From an uncultured Candidatus Saccharibacteria bacterium (GTDB taxonomy: Bacteria > Patescibacteriota > Saccharimonadia > Saccharimonadales > UBA10212): a stretch of DNA of 64,000 nucleotides. Both the position numbers and the translations under genes were made by a program. The notes beneath the pieces were generated by a model, which did not search any database, was not told where the DNA came from, and saw only the letters and a list, made by a program, of their open reading frames with translations. Positions 1 to 14,297 of the stretch are shown one piece after another. The stretch spans positions 122,850 through 186,849 of the forward strand of contig CAZAAL010000001.1 of assembly GCA_964483315.1 (NCBI GenBank), read 5' to 3'. The first letter of the stretch is position 1. Each line of letters starts with the position of its first letter.

Positions 1-1596
1 ATTTCCATGCCAACTCAAAGTTTTACCATATCTTGGCCCAAAGAACCACCAAAATGCCCGACTTATGACGAGGTCTGTAGGTAGTGGAAAATCAAAGACC
101 CATTCGTAATCAAATATTATTAGATTTTCCTTATCGTCTAATATTATATTGTCGAAGTTTAAATCTATGTTCCCAGGATTAATGTAATTTTTATGATTGG
201 AGGGGTAGTCTTTACCAAATAATAATTTAAAGTCTGCTATGTTTTTGGGGGTTGGTTCTTTGCTATCAGACAATTTGTACATTAGCTTTATATATTTATC
301 AATCAAACCAAATGCTACACCTTCCTCGTTATCAATAATTGATTCGAAGATTAGTCTTTCTAGATCCTTGCCATAAATAAATGGAAAAGATATCGAGTAG
401 TAGCTTGAATGATTTTTTATATTTATAGGTAGCACAAACTTACCTGTATCAAAGTCATGATTGGTAGTCATTTGTTTTGAAAATTCATGTATTCCCTGCA
501 AATGCTTTTTTGAGTATTGAGATGAGTATTTTTCTGCATATAACTTACCTTCTTTTTCAATTATCTTTGTGGTTAGATTATACTTATCTTTTCTGCTTGA
601 GGAAAAAACTGAAAATAAAGGTTGTATTTTAGTATTAGTTTCTTGATAAGTTTCTACAATAAAGGAATTACTAAATTCTCGGAACAAGTTATTTTTTTCA
701 ACTGATAGCATAGCCAACGCCTCTGAAAATAATTCAATTCTATCCCTATCAAAAGTAGGAGTGGGCAACTGACTTAGCGGAAATTCACACACGCCGTCTC
801 CAGGATAGAATCTATCACTATAAATCAGCCTCGGAAACTTATAATCAGGAAATGGGTAGAAAAAATTACTATTCTTGAAACCAGCGTCAAGTAATAGTCT
901 AGTTAGCTCTAATTTGCCAAACGTCTCTATACCTTTACTGTTGGGGTATTTGTTAATTCCGTCAAACAAGCCATTATTATCGTGATCCTCTTTTGCACCG
1001 GTCCAATATTTTAAACCAATCCTATTCTCGATAGCCAATATCAACCTACCATTTGGTGTAAGTAAAGTCCTGAGTAAGCTTAAAAATTTTATGTATGGCA
1101 TGTTCCCTTCAATATAGGTACCAGAATATTCCAAGACACCAACGCATACAATGTAGTCATATACTTCAGTTGTTTGCTTTGCAAAATCTTGTAAATTGCC
1201 TATTACCACTTTAAGATTTTTAGATTTTTTGTTGCGGTGAGCATTTATAAGACATCTTTTTTCCGTGAGCTCTAATGCGGTAACATTAACTTTTTTACTA
1301 ACCAATGACTCTGTTATTGCTCCACATCCTGCGCCAATCTCTAAGACTTTTGATCCAGCCTTAAACTCATACCAGTTAATAACATTTCCTCTATGTTCTG
1401 ATAGATGATAGAAATATGGCCACGATGATTTTAGTAGAGATTCTCTTTTTTCTACACCTAGGTTATTTTTAAATAAATCTAGCAACACATCTTCCGCTTC
1501 ACCATCTGAGTAGTTCACCTTACTGATATTGTAATTATCCGAGCAAGTAAAAATTGGTACATTTCCGATTTTCTTAAACTTTTTTATTGATTCCAT
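1..1596 (-). CDS. Class I SAM methyltransferase fused to a kinase-like domain (WbdD-like polysaccharide modifier); 3' end lies outside the window
   Basis: Not in the ORF track. Hand translation from the ATG at 1596 gives MESIKKFKKIGNVP...YHLSEHRGNVINWY...VLEIGAGCGAIT (SAM-binding motif), and near the window edge DLNFDNII...FDYEW (kinase-like). Start overlaps the stop of the upstream GT2 gene. Confidence 0.75.
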   Translation of the reverse strand, partial: MESIKKFKKIGNVPIFTCSDNYNISKVNYSDGEAEDVLLDLFKNNLGVEKRESLLKSSWPYFYHLSEHRGNVINWYEFKAGSKVLEIGAGCGAITESLVSKKVNVTALELTEKRCLINAHRNKKSKNLKVVIGNLQDFAKQTTEVYDYIVCVGVLEYSGTYIEGNMPYIKFLSLLRTLLTPNGRLILAIENRIGLKYWTGAKEDHDNNGLFDGINKYPNSKGIETFGKLELTRLLLDAGFKNSNFFYPFPDYKFPRLIYSDRFYPGDGVCEFPLSQLPTPTFDRDRIELFSEALAMLSVEKNNLFREFSNSFIVETYQETNTKIQPLFSVFSSSRKDKYNLTTKIIEKEGKLYAEKYSSQYSKKHLQGIHEFSKQMTTNHDFDTGKFVLPINIKNHSSYYSISFPFIYGKDLERLIFESIIDNEEGVAFGLIDKYIKLMYKLSDSKEPTPKNIADFKLLFGKDYPSNHKNYINPGNIDLNFDNIILDDKENLIIFDYEWVFDFPLPTDLVISRAFWWFFGPRYGKTLSWHGN

Positions 1597-3416
1597 CTAT
1601 TTCCTTTCTTCATTGTGTTCGCGGAGTATATATATTTTCTTGTTTCATGAAGAGCATTTCTTGGGTCGGAAGGTTTTTTAACAAAATGCTTTGTAGCAAT
1701 ACCCAAAGACCTTGGATATTTTATGGCATAATAAGGACTTTTTACTACCGTTTTTACTTTTCTAAATTTATTATTTTTTTCAACATTATTAAAGTATTCA
1801 TTATGAAGTTGGCGCATCGTAAGTTTTAGCTCGTCATGTGATTTTTGGAAAAGTAGATTACGATTAGACCCATCATTATGTTGCCTGTACTTAAATATAG
1901 GTTGTTTATAGTGACCAAATCTAGCCCCAATCTCTGCCAGGGATATATACAGCTCCCAATCTTCAAGCCCCAGACTCATTGCGTCTTTGTAGCCTCCAAC
2001 TTGCTTTACTAAAGTAGTACACATTAGTGCACTATTGTGTATAAAATTACTCTTCACTAATTCATTATCAGTAAAGTCTTTAGAGTAGAACGTTTCGTTA
2101 ATTGAACCAAATAGTAACATATCAGTATAAACAACTTCATAGGACCCTCTGTTTGCAAACCTGACGAGCTTCTCTAAATATCTATAGTCTAATACATCGT
2201 CAGCATCAAGAAAAACCAGCCAATAGGTTGAAACTAAACTTAAACCTATATTTTTTGTTGATATAACTCCTTTATTTTCCTGGTTAACTATAGTTAATAA
2301 AGGGTTATCCTTATATTTCTTAATGACGTTCTTGGTATCATCTTTGGATCCGTCGTTAATCACAATTATATTTAATGGAGTAAGCGTTTGGTTTAATGCC
2401 GATTCTATAGACTCAGTTATGTAATTGCCGTAATTATATGCTGGTATCACGACTGTAACATCTATATTTTTGTGCCTAGAAAGATGTTTGACATAACTTT
2501 TGCCACTGCTTTGAACAGCTTCGCGCTTAGATGATATCAAGCTCGTGTTTTTTTTAACCCATTTAAATGCATCAATTCTGGCTTTTGAGTCAAGGCTTTT
2601 GTTCTTAATGTTTTTTACGACTGCCTTACCGTATTGTTTTTTATAATTTTTCTTAAAAATCTTATAGTATTTGTCATCTAGATTTTTAGCTGCGAAGAGA
2701 TATCTGTTTCTGTGCATTTGATATAAGTAAAAGTAGCTTTCTTGACCACCGCTACTGTGAGCTATTTTGTGCCAAACATAAGCGTTGGGAGTGTAATAAG
2801 CCTTAAACCCGGCTCTAAGCATTCTGGCTATTAAATCGGTTTCTTCATAATATGCGAAGAAATCATCGTCAAAATATCCAACTTTTTCTATAGCTTTTCT
2901 TTTGATAAGCAAGGCGGCTCCTGAAATACTATCAACTTCTTGTGGCACAGCACCACTTAGCATAGTTTTTGCGTAGCCAGTATTTGGGTCAATAACTTGA
3001 TATGAATAGAATTGATTGTTTTTAGAATAAACAGGGTTATCCTTATCCCACCAAAGTGATTTCCCGCCGACAACTGCAATATTATTGTTAGATATAGCCA
3101 AGTTTACAACTTCAATTAACCAATTGGTATCAACGACTAGATCATTATTTAGAATAGCTATAAAATCCCCTGTTGATTTTTTGTATCCTTCTATATGGCC
3201 ACCTGTAAAACCAAAATTTCTATGGAGATTAACAAAAATGATGTCTTTTTGAGAACTTAAGTACTCTTTGGAGCCATCCGTGGAGCCATTATCAACAACT
3301 ATAATTTCAAAATTAGGATAATTTAAATTTCTAATCGACTCAAGGCAATTTTTTGTTTCTTCTAGCCCATTCCAGTTAAGAACAACGATACTTACTTTTG
3401 GAGTTTGTTTTTTCAT
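1584..3416 (-). CDS. Double-domain GT2 glycosyltransferase
   Basis: Two GT-A starts (VSIVVLNWN...VDNGSTD; VTVVIPAYN...INDGSKD), DxD-type motifs, YYEETD and LEDWE. Confidence 0.9.
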   Translation of the reverse strand: MKKQTPKVSIVVLNWNGLEETKNCLESIRNLNYPNFEIIVVDNGSTDGSKEYLSSQKDIIFVNLHRNFGFTGGHIEGYKKSTGDFIAILNNDLVVDTNWLIEVVNLAISNNNIAVVGGKSLWWDKDNPVYSKNNQFYSYQVIDPNTGYAKTMLSGAVPQEVDSISGAALLIKRKAIEKVGYFDDDFFAYYEETDLIARMLRAGFKAYYTPNAYVWHKIAHSSGGQESYFYLYQMHRNRYLFAAKNLDDKYYKIFKKNYKKQYGKAVVKNIKNKSLDSKARIDAFKWVKKNTSLISSKREAVQSSGKSYVKHLSRHKNIDVTVVIPAYNYGNYITESIESALNQTLTPLNIIVINDGSKDDTKNVIKKYKDNPLLTIVNQENKGVISTKNIGLSLVSTYWLVFLDADDVLDYRYLEKLVRFANRGSYEVVYTDMLLFGSINETFYSKDFTDNELVKSNFIHNSALMCTTLVKQVGGYKDAMSLGLEDWELYISLAEIGARFGHYKQPIFKYRQHNDGSNRNLLFQKSHDELKLTMRQLHNEYFNNVEKNNKFRKVKTVVKSPYYAIKYPRSLGIATKHFVKKPSDPRNALHETRKYIYSANTMKKGNRWNQ

Positions 3417-4723
3417 GTTGAATGAATAATTTTTATAATTTTATTTTTTATTGAAGATACTCTACTATTATTGACTACAGAAATGGTTTGATTATCCGTT
3501 CTCAAGGTATCATTTTTAAAATTTCTATTCTCTCCTGGCTTTACAGAGTCGATAAATTTAACTAGGTCTTCGGTTGTATTATCCCAGGTAAATTTATGTG
3601 CTTCGTTGTGAATATTCTCTCTTATGTTATTTAAAAGGTTAACGTCCATAATTTCTTTTATTGCGTCTGCGAAAGAACGTGATGTACGATCTTTTGTAAC
3701 TATACCCAATTGCCGAGTTTTTATTATTTCTGAGAAAATATCTCCCGGCGGACAAATTGTCGGCAAATCAGTCCATATATGGTCGAGTACCCTTGTTCTA
3801 TGCGAGAATCTTGTTTCGCTTGAGTACTTATCACAATATATAGCTACATCCGCATCAACTAAGTATTCGTCCCTTTTACTGTAGGGTATCCAATCTTCCA
3901 TAAAAAATACTGAACTATTGGTTAGATTAAGTTTATTTGCAATTTTAATTGCTTCTGATGTTGCATTCATTTCGGGGACGTTTTTGTTCGGATGCTTTAT
4001 GCCGAGGAATACTAACTTAACTTTGTTATTGTGTATCTTTGGAATGGCCTCAATAATAGGCACTGCATCAAACCAATCCCAAATGCCTCCCGTCCAAACT
4101 AGTACAAGGTCATCACTTTTAAATCCAAACCTATTCCTTAGTTTACCTTTTTTTACCGGACTTTCTTTGGCAGTGCCCATGGGAACTATACCGAATCTGT
4201 CATATATATCGGACTCAAGTCTTATATTACTTGGTTTTATTATCCCCGAAGATACAGAAAAACCTATCCAAAAGTCCCTCTGTCTTTCATTAGAGCACAC
4301 AAAGTAATTCCCAACTTTTAGGTAGTTTTTATACATCTCAATTATTGCAAAGAATTCCTCGTCTTTGCTGTCAATATTTTTTGTACTAGAAAATTTGAGG
4401 CTCGAAAGGTATTCAATGGGAACTGGTGCGTATAAATCAAAAATAATTATTTTTTTGCCACGAACATACTCTGTCATTTCAGAGCTTAGCCATTGAGCAA
4501 ATATTATGTCACTAGAATCAAACAGCTTTTTATATTCGTCAGTCTTAGGATCTATGTATGAAACTTCGGGTAATCTAGAATTCTTAGGCGTAGGAGCATG
4601 TGTTGCAAGTGTGACGTCAAAATTTCTACCAAGAATTTTTGCTATATAATAATACCTGATTCCTGGGCCTGCCATTTTCTCGCCGATTACATCGTGACAA
4701 AAAACCAAAACTCTTTTATTCAC
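3413..4723 (-). CDS. GT4-family (GT-B) glycosyltransferase
   Basis: MAGPGIR N-terminus, WTGGIWDWFD, RTRVLD; position in the glycan operon. Confidence 0.8.
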   Translation of the reverse strand: MNKRVLVFCHDVIGEKMAGPGIRYYYIAKILGRNFDVTLATHAPTPKNSRLPEVSYIDPKTDEYKKLFDSSDIIFAQWLSSEMTEYVRGKKIIIFDLYAPVPIEYLSSLKFSSTKNIDSKDEEFFAIIEMYKNYLKVGNYFVCSNERQRDFWIGFSVSSGIIKPSNIRLESDIYDRFGIVPMGTAKESPVKKGKLRNRFGFKSDDLVLVWTGGIWDWFDAVPIIEAIPKIHNNKVKLVFLGIKHPNKNVPEMNATSEAIKIANKLNLTNSSVFFMEDWIPYSKRDEYLVDADVAIYCDKYSSETRFSHRTRVLDHIWTDLPTICPPGDIFSEIIKTRQLGIVTKDRTSRSFADAIKEIMDVNLLNNIRENIHNEAHKFTWDNTTEDLVKFIDSVKPGENRNFKNDTLRTDNQTISVVNNSRVSSIKNKIIKIIHST

Positions 4724-4745
4724 CAGTACTATTATAGACTATAAA

Positions 4746-6827
4746 TTATAGATTCACCTTAGAAGGAAAGGCTAAACCTATGCTAGGCATAATTAAAGTG
4801 CCATCAATCCCAAAAGTGAAGTACTCCAGGTATGCACCGGTTATTGATGGTGCTCTCCAGTCCATATCAAAAGTTCCGACCTGACCAGGAGGAACAATGG
4901 CTTCTTTCATGCGAACCTGGTTTTTTGTCCCAAGCCAACTGTAGGTTAGCGGAGAAAAAGGGCTATCTTTATATACTGGGTTTGCTACTAGTAGCCTGGT
5001 ATCACCTAATTCAATTTTCCCCCCTGAAACATCTAAAATTTTATGATCAAAATTCCGCCAAATCATATTGCCAGTATTCCTAATTTTAACTTGTCCAGTT
5101 GCAAGCTGATTTGGTTTCATGTTTAAAGGCGGGTTTATTGCGCCCACAAATGAATAAGTTGCAACTGGACTAGGGGTCGATAGTTTTAACTGTATTAAAG
5201 GACCATGCACAAATTTTACTCCATCAAGCACCAAAGAGAAATCATGCACATAGTTACTAGTTGCCTTATATGGAGCAGTAAATACTGCCTGGAAAGTGCC
5301 AATTTGTCCTGGTGCAACAGAGCTCTCAAGCAATCTTATCTGGTTTTTTGTCCCAAGCCATGAGGGATCAGTTCTCGGTTGGGCGTAGGGTGAGTTTTTA
5401 TAGTAAGGAGTTGCTATTCTAACCGGTCTTCTATTAATAGGTAAGGCTGAATCAGAGTACCAAGTTTCTGATCCAGTATTTTTAAGACGGATTTTTATTA
5501 AATACATATCACCTGGTAGTATTCCGACTGGATGATCAGTGGAAATTACAGTATACGCTAAATCAGGGACTGAATTAACTCTAAATTGCAGGCCTAGGTC
5601 ACTATAGACTTGTACTCCGTCTTGTACTAAGACCATGTTTAGTATTTCATTATTTATGCTATATTGAGGTGCTTTTAGTCTAAATTTAAATGTTGCCACC
5701 TCGCCAGGATTAACTTTTTGCTCCAGTAGCCTTATTTGATTTTTTGTTCCAAGCCATGAGGGATCAGAAGTATCTGCGAACGCAGTATTTTGGTAGCCTT
5801 TCATCATTATTCTAAATGGTCGGATTCCATTTGGTAGATTAACATCAGAATACCAAACCATCGATGACCCATTTCTAACCTTAAGCTCAACCTCTGCTAT
5901 GCTTCCATAAGACATGTTTTGTGGCGGATTAACCGCAGATATGAAGCTGTAAAATGGTCCAGTTGTGCTTCCAAACCACTGCTCAAAATTATTAACAAAA
6001 CTAATCCCGCCATTTAAAAACGGAGTATATCTGTAAAGTGCAACAGTAGCTCCATTATCCATGTGGATCGTAGTGCCATTAACGTTTGCATAACCATCGA
6101 AATAGGTTGGAGTTGATTGAGTGTATATTCGTTTGTGCCAACCTTGAGTCATATTTCCGCTGTAATTGGTAGGTGGATCATCTGAGTTATCCCATCCAGG
6201 TTTTTGTACGTTCCAGTTTACATTTCCTTCCGATCTTTCTTGGCTAAATTTGAGCATCCAAGTTGCCTTTATAACCTGCTTACTAAACCCTAGTGAATCG
6301 GTGTCACAATAGTATGGGCAATCATACCCCAATGCAATATAAACACATCCACCTGCATATTGACATGCCGTTACGCAACTAGCATTTGGATTACCATAAA
6401 GTGGTTGAGGGCAGGGAGTTAAAGTGGGGGGTGTACCGTAATAACAACCAGCTCCACCTGTGATTAAGCTTTGCTCTTTTTGTAGTGTTGCTAGGATTAC
6501 CTGAGGATTTAGTCCATAAACCTGTGAAGCACTGGCAATAACCTGACCGGCTGTTACATTAGAGCCAAATAAATATCCTTGACTTGGATTATAGCCAATC
6601 GGGTTGGGCGACGTAAACCCCTTGTTTGGACTGATACAGCTGTTAGGAAACTGATTTAAAAACGCATCAATCTGACCTGCAGACATAGATCCAGAGTTAT
6701 TAAATACAGCAGTGTCAATTAGTTTGTTCTGGTTATATGTAGCATCCACGCTTTGTACTGGCAATAATAAAATTAACCCTAAAGTTAGGGTTGATAAAAT
6801 ATATATTTTTTTTAAAACCTTGTTCAT
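4746..6827 (-). CDS. Secreted protein with a putative cell-wall hydrolase-like N-domain and three Ig-like (NBR1-type) repeats
   Basis: Signal peptide; LQKEQSL...ALGYDCP...GFSKQV; three repeats containing N.G...W, SWLGTKNQ(I/V)R and V.PG. Confidence 0.6.
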   Translation of the reverse strand: MNKVLKKIYILSTLTLGLILLLPVQSVDATYNQNKLIDTAVFNNSGSMSAGQIDAFLNQFPNSCISPNKGFTSPNPIGYNPSQGYLFGSNVTAGQVIASASQVYGLNPQVILATLQKEQSLITGGAGCYYGTPPTLTPCPQPLYGNPNASCVTACQYAGGCVYIALGYDCPYYCDTDSLGFSKQVIKATWMLKFSQERSEGNVNWNVQKPGWDNSDDPPTNYSGNMTQGWHKRIYTQSTPTYFDGYANVNGTTIHMDNGATVALYRYTPFLNGGISFVNNFEQWFGSTTGPFYSFISAVNPPQNMSYGSIAEVELKVRNGSSMVWYSDVNLPNGIRPFRIMMKGYQNTAFADTSDPSWLGTKNQIRLLEQKVNPGEVATFKFRLKAPQYSINNEILNMVLVQDGVQVYSDLGLQFRVNSVPDLAYTVISTDHPVGILPGDMYLIKIRLKNTGSETWYSDSALPINRRPVRIATPYYKNSPYAQPRTDPSWLGTKNQIRLLESSVAPGQIGTFQAVFTAPYKATSNYVHDFSLVLDGVKFVHGPLIQLKLSTPSPVATYSFVGAINPPLNMKPNQLATGQVKIRNTGNMIWRNFDHKILDVSGGKIELGDTRLLVANPVYKDSPFSPLTYSWLGTKNQVRMKEAIVPPGQVGTFDMDWRAPSITGAYLEYFTFGIDGTLIMPSIGLAFPSKVNL

Positions 6828-7378
6828 TCAGTAACCTCAAGATTTATCGTATCTTTTGTTGACAAAGTCTTTCCACCCGACGAAGCAGTTGCTGTTATTT
6901 CCCAGGTTCCAACGGATAGCCCAGCATCAACTATATCCCAATCCCATGTGGTTGAGCCATCTGAGCCTACTGTTTGTTCAGCTAAGCTTTTGGTCTGGCC
7001 ATTTTTTTTAAAAGTAATTGAGCACTTAGCACCTGGCGTAGTACTACACACTGATTGCATTTTGCTTAGGCTACTAAGGTTGGGACGATGATTGCTAACA
7101 AAACTACCATAAGGCGAAATTACGTCAACATTTGATTGTGTTGGGGCAGTCTGCTTTTTTTGGTTGCTTTGTGGTTCAGAATTTTTACTATTTGCAGGAG
7201 ATACATCTTTGGCTGGATTATTTTTAGTTTGACTATTCGAGGAAGAAGGAATAACTTCAACTACGCTGTTGTTTTTGCTCTGATAATAGAAAAACGCTAA
7301 GCCAATGAATGCGAAGCAAAGCAAAACCATAAAAACAATTTTACTTTCTTGACTAGTTTTTCTTAATTTTGCTTTCAT
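6824..7378 (-). CDS. Membrane-anchored protein with an Ig-like C-domain
   Basis: One TM helix, S/N/Q linker, beta-rich C-terminus. Confidence 0.6.
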   Translation of the reverse strand: MKAKLRKTSQESKIVFMVLLCFAFIGLAFFYYQSKNNSVVEVIPSSSNSQTKNNPAKDVSPANSKNSEPQSNQKKQTAPTQSNVDVISPYGSFVSNHRPNLSSLSKMQSVCSTTPGAKCSITFKKNGQTKSLAEQTVGSDGSTTWDWDIVDAGLSVGTWEITATASSGGKTLSTKDTINLEVTE

Positions 7379-7429
7379 TTTTGATTTTTTAGTTTATGCA
7401 TATATATTAACATAAAAAGCACAGTTGGG

Positions 7430-8287
7430 TCAGCTTATTGATAATAAATACTGGCCGTAGCCGGATTTTTTTAATGGTTCGGCTAATGCCTGGAGCTGAT
7501 TACGATCAATAAATCCTTCTTTGAAGGCAGTTTCTTCTGGACAGCCAATTTTTCGACCAGTTCGCTTTTCAATAACTTGCACAAACTCGGAAGCATCCAT
7601 CATCGATTCAAATGTTCCCGTATCTAACCAAGCATCGCCTCTATCCATTAACTCAACACGAAGTTTATTTTGCTTAAGGTATTCTTCGTTCACAGTTGTA
7701 ATTTCAAGCTCGCCTCTATCGCTTGGCTTGATTGATTTCGCAATTCTTACAACATCATTGTCGTAGAAGTATAGTCCCACTACGGCAAAATTAGACTTTG
7801 GATTAGCTGGTTTTTCTTCAATCGATGTTGCTCGCATGGCATCATCAAAGGACACTACACCATAACGTTCGGGGTCTGATACTGGATAGGCAAATACGAC
7901 GCCACCTTTAGGGTCTGTATGGTTTTTTAGATTTGCCCCAAAATCTGGACCATAAAATATATTGTCACCTAGAATTAATGCTACCTTATCACCACCGATA
8001 AACTCCTCGCCAATTATAAAAGCTTGTGCAAGTCCGTCTGGTGATGGCTGTACCTCATAATTAAGGTTAATTCCCCATTGAGACCCATCGCCTAACAATC
8101 TTACAAATTGCTCATGATCATCAGGTGTAGTAATAATCAATATGTCTTTTATGCCAGCAAGCATTAATGTGCTAACCGGGTAATAAACCATTGGCTTGTC
8201 ATAAATCGGTACTAATTGTTTACTTATGCCTTTTGTTATTGGGTAGAGTCTTGTGCCTGACCCACCTGCTAGAATAATTCCTTTCAT
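7430..8287 (-). CDS. rfbA: Glucose-1-phosphate thymidylyltransferase
   Basis: [29 protein letters not shown]. Confidence 0.97.
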   Translation of the reverse strand: MKGIILAGGSGTRLYPITKGISKQLVPIYDKPMVYYPVSTLMLAGIKDILIITTPDDHEQFVRLLGDGSQWGINLNYEVQPSPDGLAQAFIIGEEFIGGDKVALILGDNIFYGPDFGANLKNHTDPKGGVVFAYPVSDPERYGVVSFDDAMRATSIEEKPANPKSNFAVVGLYFYDNDVVRIAKSIKPSDRGELEITTVNEEYLKQNKLRVELMDRGDAWLDTGTFESMMDASEFVQVIEKRTGRKIGCPEETAFKEGFIDRNQLQALAEPLKKSGYGQYLLSIS

Positions 8288-8832
8288 TTATTTCCCCTTG
8301 TTTTTCTTAATTCTGAAAAAAATGGATGGTTGTGATCTTTCTGTGATATAACTGCTTCATCTAGGGGTATAGGCCAATCAATTTTCACCTCAGGGTCAGC
8401 AATATTTAGCATTGTGTAGGTTGCTTCACTCGACCAATGCGAGTCAGTTAGATATGAATATCTAGTATCAGGCTCTAATGTTTGATACGAATTCCCAACA
8501 CCTTTTGGCACAAAAACTACTCTACCTTCGTCGAGGATTGCTGTGTGGATGTTTCCTAGATTGCTACCTTCTCGAAGATCTACCCAAGCACCATATGCGC
8601 TTCCTTTTGCCATTGTAACTAACTTATTCCAGGGTTCAGCATGAATTCCGCGAGTCACTCCAATCTCTAAATTGGCTGAAATATTTTGCTGGACGATTTT
8701 AATTACTTGGGCACCTAAGGTAGTTAATTTTTCCTGATTGTATACTTCACGAAAACTCCCACGTTCATCTTCAAACACATCCAACTCGACTTCATATAAA
8801 CCCGGTATTTCCTTACTATTTGTTATCTTCAT
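8284..8832 (-). CDS. rfbC: dTDP-4-dehydrorhamnose 3,5-epimerase
   Basis: [16 protein letters not shown]; lies between rfbB and rfbA. Confidence 0.92.
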   Translation of the reverse strand: MKITNSKEIPGLYEVELDVFEDERGSFREVYNQEKLTTLGAQVIKIVQQNISANLEIGVTRGIHAEPWNKLVTMAKGSAYGAWVDLREGSNLGNIHTAILDEGRVVFVPKGVGNSYQTLEPDTRYSYLTDSHWSSEATYTMLNIADPEVKIDWPIPLDEAVISQKDHNHPFFSELRKTRGNK

Positions 8833-8835
8833 AAT

Positions 8836-11692
<2,857 letters not shown>

Positions 11693-11693
<1 letters not shown>

Positions 11694-12805
11694 CAAATAA
11701 CCTTTTTGTTAGTAATTTCAGATATGACACAAAGTAAGTTTTTTTTGAAATGACTTGCTGAAAATGTGCTGGTGTACTCACGTATTAATTTACGGTCCCA
11801 GTGGATACTTTCGGTTTTTATGATTGCTTCATTAATTGAAGCTATTGATTGCTCGTTAAAGAGAATCCCCGTTTGTCCGTCAATGACTGTTTCAAGTGCC
11901 CCACCAGATCCATAACAAATAGCGGGCGTACCAGCAGACATGCACTCAACCCAAGATATACCAAAATCCTCTTCGTTTGCAAAAATACAGGCTTTTGCCT
12001 GATTAACTAATTTAGCTAGTTCGCTTTCGCTGACGTATCCTAAAAATTCTATATTTTTATTTGCAATCGATCTTAGGCTATTGTGCTCTGGACCAGTACC
12101 AGCAACCTTAAGTATTAAGCCATTATTGTTAAAAGCCTCAATAATCAAATCGATTTTTTTAAACACTGTATGACGGCCATATGCTAAGTAAAAGTCTAAC
12201 TTGTTTGATTCTGCTAATTTAAACTTTTCTGTATTAACGGGCGGGTATAGAACAGTGCTTTCGCGTTTGTAGTACTGTTTTATTTGTGATTGTATATTCT
12301 TTGAATTAGCCAGTAGAAAATCAGGATTTTGGGCTGACTGATAATCTAGTTTTTTTAAGAGCGGGTTGAGAATTTTTAAAAATATTCTGGCAAGTGGATC
12401 TAAAAAACCAAAACCAGGATTTTTGATGTATTCGTTAAAATAGCGCCAATAATAATGTGGGGGAGTATGTATATATGCAACGTGCATGGCACCTAGTGTA
12501 CGTACGGCTTTATTTTCGGAGCTTGAACTTGTAATTACTAAATCAAAGCCTGAAAGTTTGGTAAATCGCCAAATTAAATATCTTATCGGCGGAAAAAATT
12601 CGTGTTTATATCTAAGTATTGGAATGTGTTGCAGCCAAGAGGTAATAACGATTCTATCTTTTAGTTCGGGAAATTTATTTTTATCATAAACAAGACAGTA
12701 AATTGGTGCTTCAGGGAAGATTTTTGCTAGTTCAAAAAGAACGTTTTCTGACCCACCCCTGACAGTTAGCCAGTTATGAACTAATGCTACTTTTTTTGGT
12801 TTCAA
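11693..12805 (-). CDS. GT4 glycosyltransferase
   Basis: HNWLTVRGGSE, EEDFGI..VE motif. Confidence 0.9.
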
Positions 12806-12808
12806 GAC

Positions 12809-14245
12809 CTAATATCCTTTGCCGGTGAACATCACAATTATTGTTCGATAAATTATTTTTAAGTCCATCCAAAAACTCCAATGCTGGACATAAAATAAAT
12901 CAAGACTAACCCTTTCTTCAAATGTCGTGTCGTTGCGACCTGATACCTGCCATAAACCTGTTATGCCAGGCTTTACGCTTAAGAATATAGAGCTAGCTGA
13001 TTTGTATTTTTCTAATTCAACTTTAGTAACCGGCCTTGGGCCGATTAAACTTAATTCGCCTTTTAGTACATTCCAGAGTTGGGGCAGTTCATCTAAACTT
13101 GTTTTGCGTATAAATCGTCCAACAGGCATTATGCGGGGGTCATTCTTGACCTTTCTTGTTTCAGCCCATTCTTTAAGCAAGTCCTCACGACCCATTTCTT
13201 TAAAAATTTGTTCCTCACTTTTTTTACCAACTTGGGAATACTTCCAATACATGCTTCTTAATTTGTAGGCTTCGAACATTGTCCCAAATCTACTTACGCG
13301 TTTGTGTTTGTAAAAAACTGGTCCTTTTGGATCTGTTAACTTGATTATTGCGCCTAATATTAAAAAGATCGGAACACTTATTATAAGTCCCAATATTGCC
13401 CCAAATATGTCGAACATACGTTTTGCTACGCGCCCCCAGCCCACTAATGCAGTTTGATGTACGGCAATCACAGGAAAATTATGGAAAAGATCTATCTCGT
13501 TGTTACCAGTGTAAAGATTTACATTTGTGGGTATAAACTTATATGAGATGTGATTATCGCGAGCTGAATCAATAATTTGCTGGTTAGTATTTTCGTCGTA
13601 TAGTTCAGTTTGAATAATTGTGTGCACATTTTTTAAAGCGCTCAGAGCAGTAGGTAACGAGCTAAAATTGGTTATATTTAGTCGTCTTGGTAGGGTAGAT
13701 TTTTTGCCATAATGCCCCACAATCGAGTAGCCTGTGTTGGCAGTATCAAACAATAAATGAGCCAGTTCTGCTGTTGCTGGTGTGCTTCCAATTAGCATTA
13801 CATTATTTATTCCATAGCCATATGAGAATAAAAGCCTTCGGATACCTCTTAAAAGACTTCTGATTAAGACAACCGACAAAAAGCTGATTACTAGGGCGTA
13901 AACTGGAACGAGACGAGCAGGGAAAATTGGCTCATCATATATAAAATCGAAGGCAATGATTCCCAACATACCGATAACCGTTCCCGAAAAAATCCTGCCA
14001 ACTTCTTGAAAACGCCGCTCATAGATATCTTTTTTGTATAATCCTAAAAGAGCGAACACAACTAAATAAAATGGTATAAGCATGGCAAAAATTGTGATGT
14101 ATGTTTCGCCCGGGACTTGGTCGGCTAGCGGTCGGTCATCTAATCTGACTCGTATTAAATAGGCAGCAGCAAAAGCTGCAAGCAATGCAATAAAATCACC
14201 CACCACCAACAAAAAACCGTAAACTAGGGATGCGTTATTTCTCAT
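12809..14245 (-). CDS. Priming sugar transferase (polyprenyl-phosphate glycosylphosphotransferase, WcaJ/WbaP family)
   Basis: N-terminal TMs; KRMFDI, KLRSM, DPRI, LDELPQL, GPRP, KPGITGLWQVSGR. Confidence 0.93.
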   Translation of the reverse strand: MRNNASLVYGFLLVVGDFIALLAAFAAAYLIRVRLDDRPLADQVPGETYITIFAMLIPFYLVVFALLGLYKKDIYERRFQEVGRIFSGTVIGMLGIIAFDFIYDEPIFPARLVPVYALVISFLSVVLIRSLLRGIRRLLFSYGYGINNVMLIGSTPATAELAHLLFDTANTGYSIVGHYGKKSTLPRRLNITNFSSLPTALSALKNVHTIIQTELYDENTNQQIIDSARDNHISYKFIPTNVNLYTGNNEIDLFHNFPVIAVHQTALVGWGRVAKRMFDIFGAILGLIISVPIFLILGAIIKLTDPKGPVFYKHKRVSRFGTMFEAYKLRSMYWKYSQVGKKSEEQIFKEMGREDLLKEWAETRKVKNDPRIMPVGRFIRKTSLDELPQLWNVLKGELSLIGPRPVTKVELEKYKSASSIFLSVKPGITGLWQVSGRNDTTFEERVSLDLFYVQHWSFWMDLKIIYRTIIVMFTGKGY

Positions 14246-14297
14246 TTATTATCTAATCATTATACATCTGTTTATAGACTGTTAAAATAAGTACAAG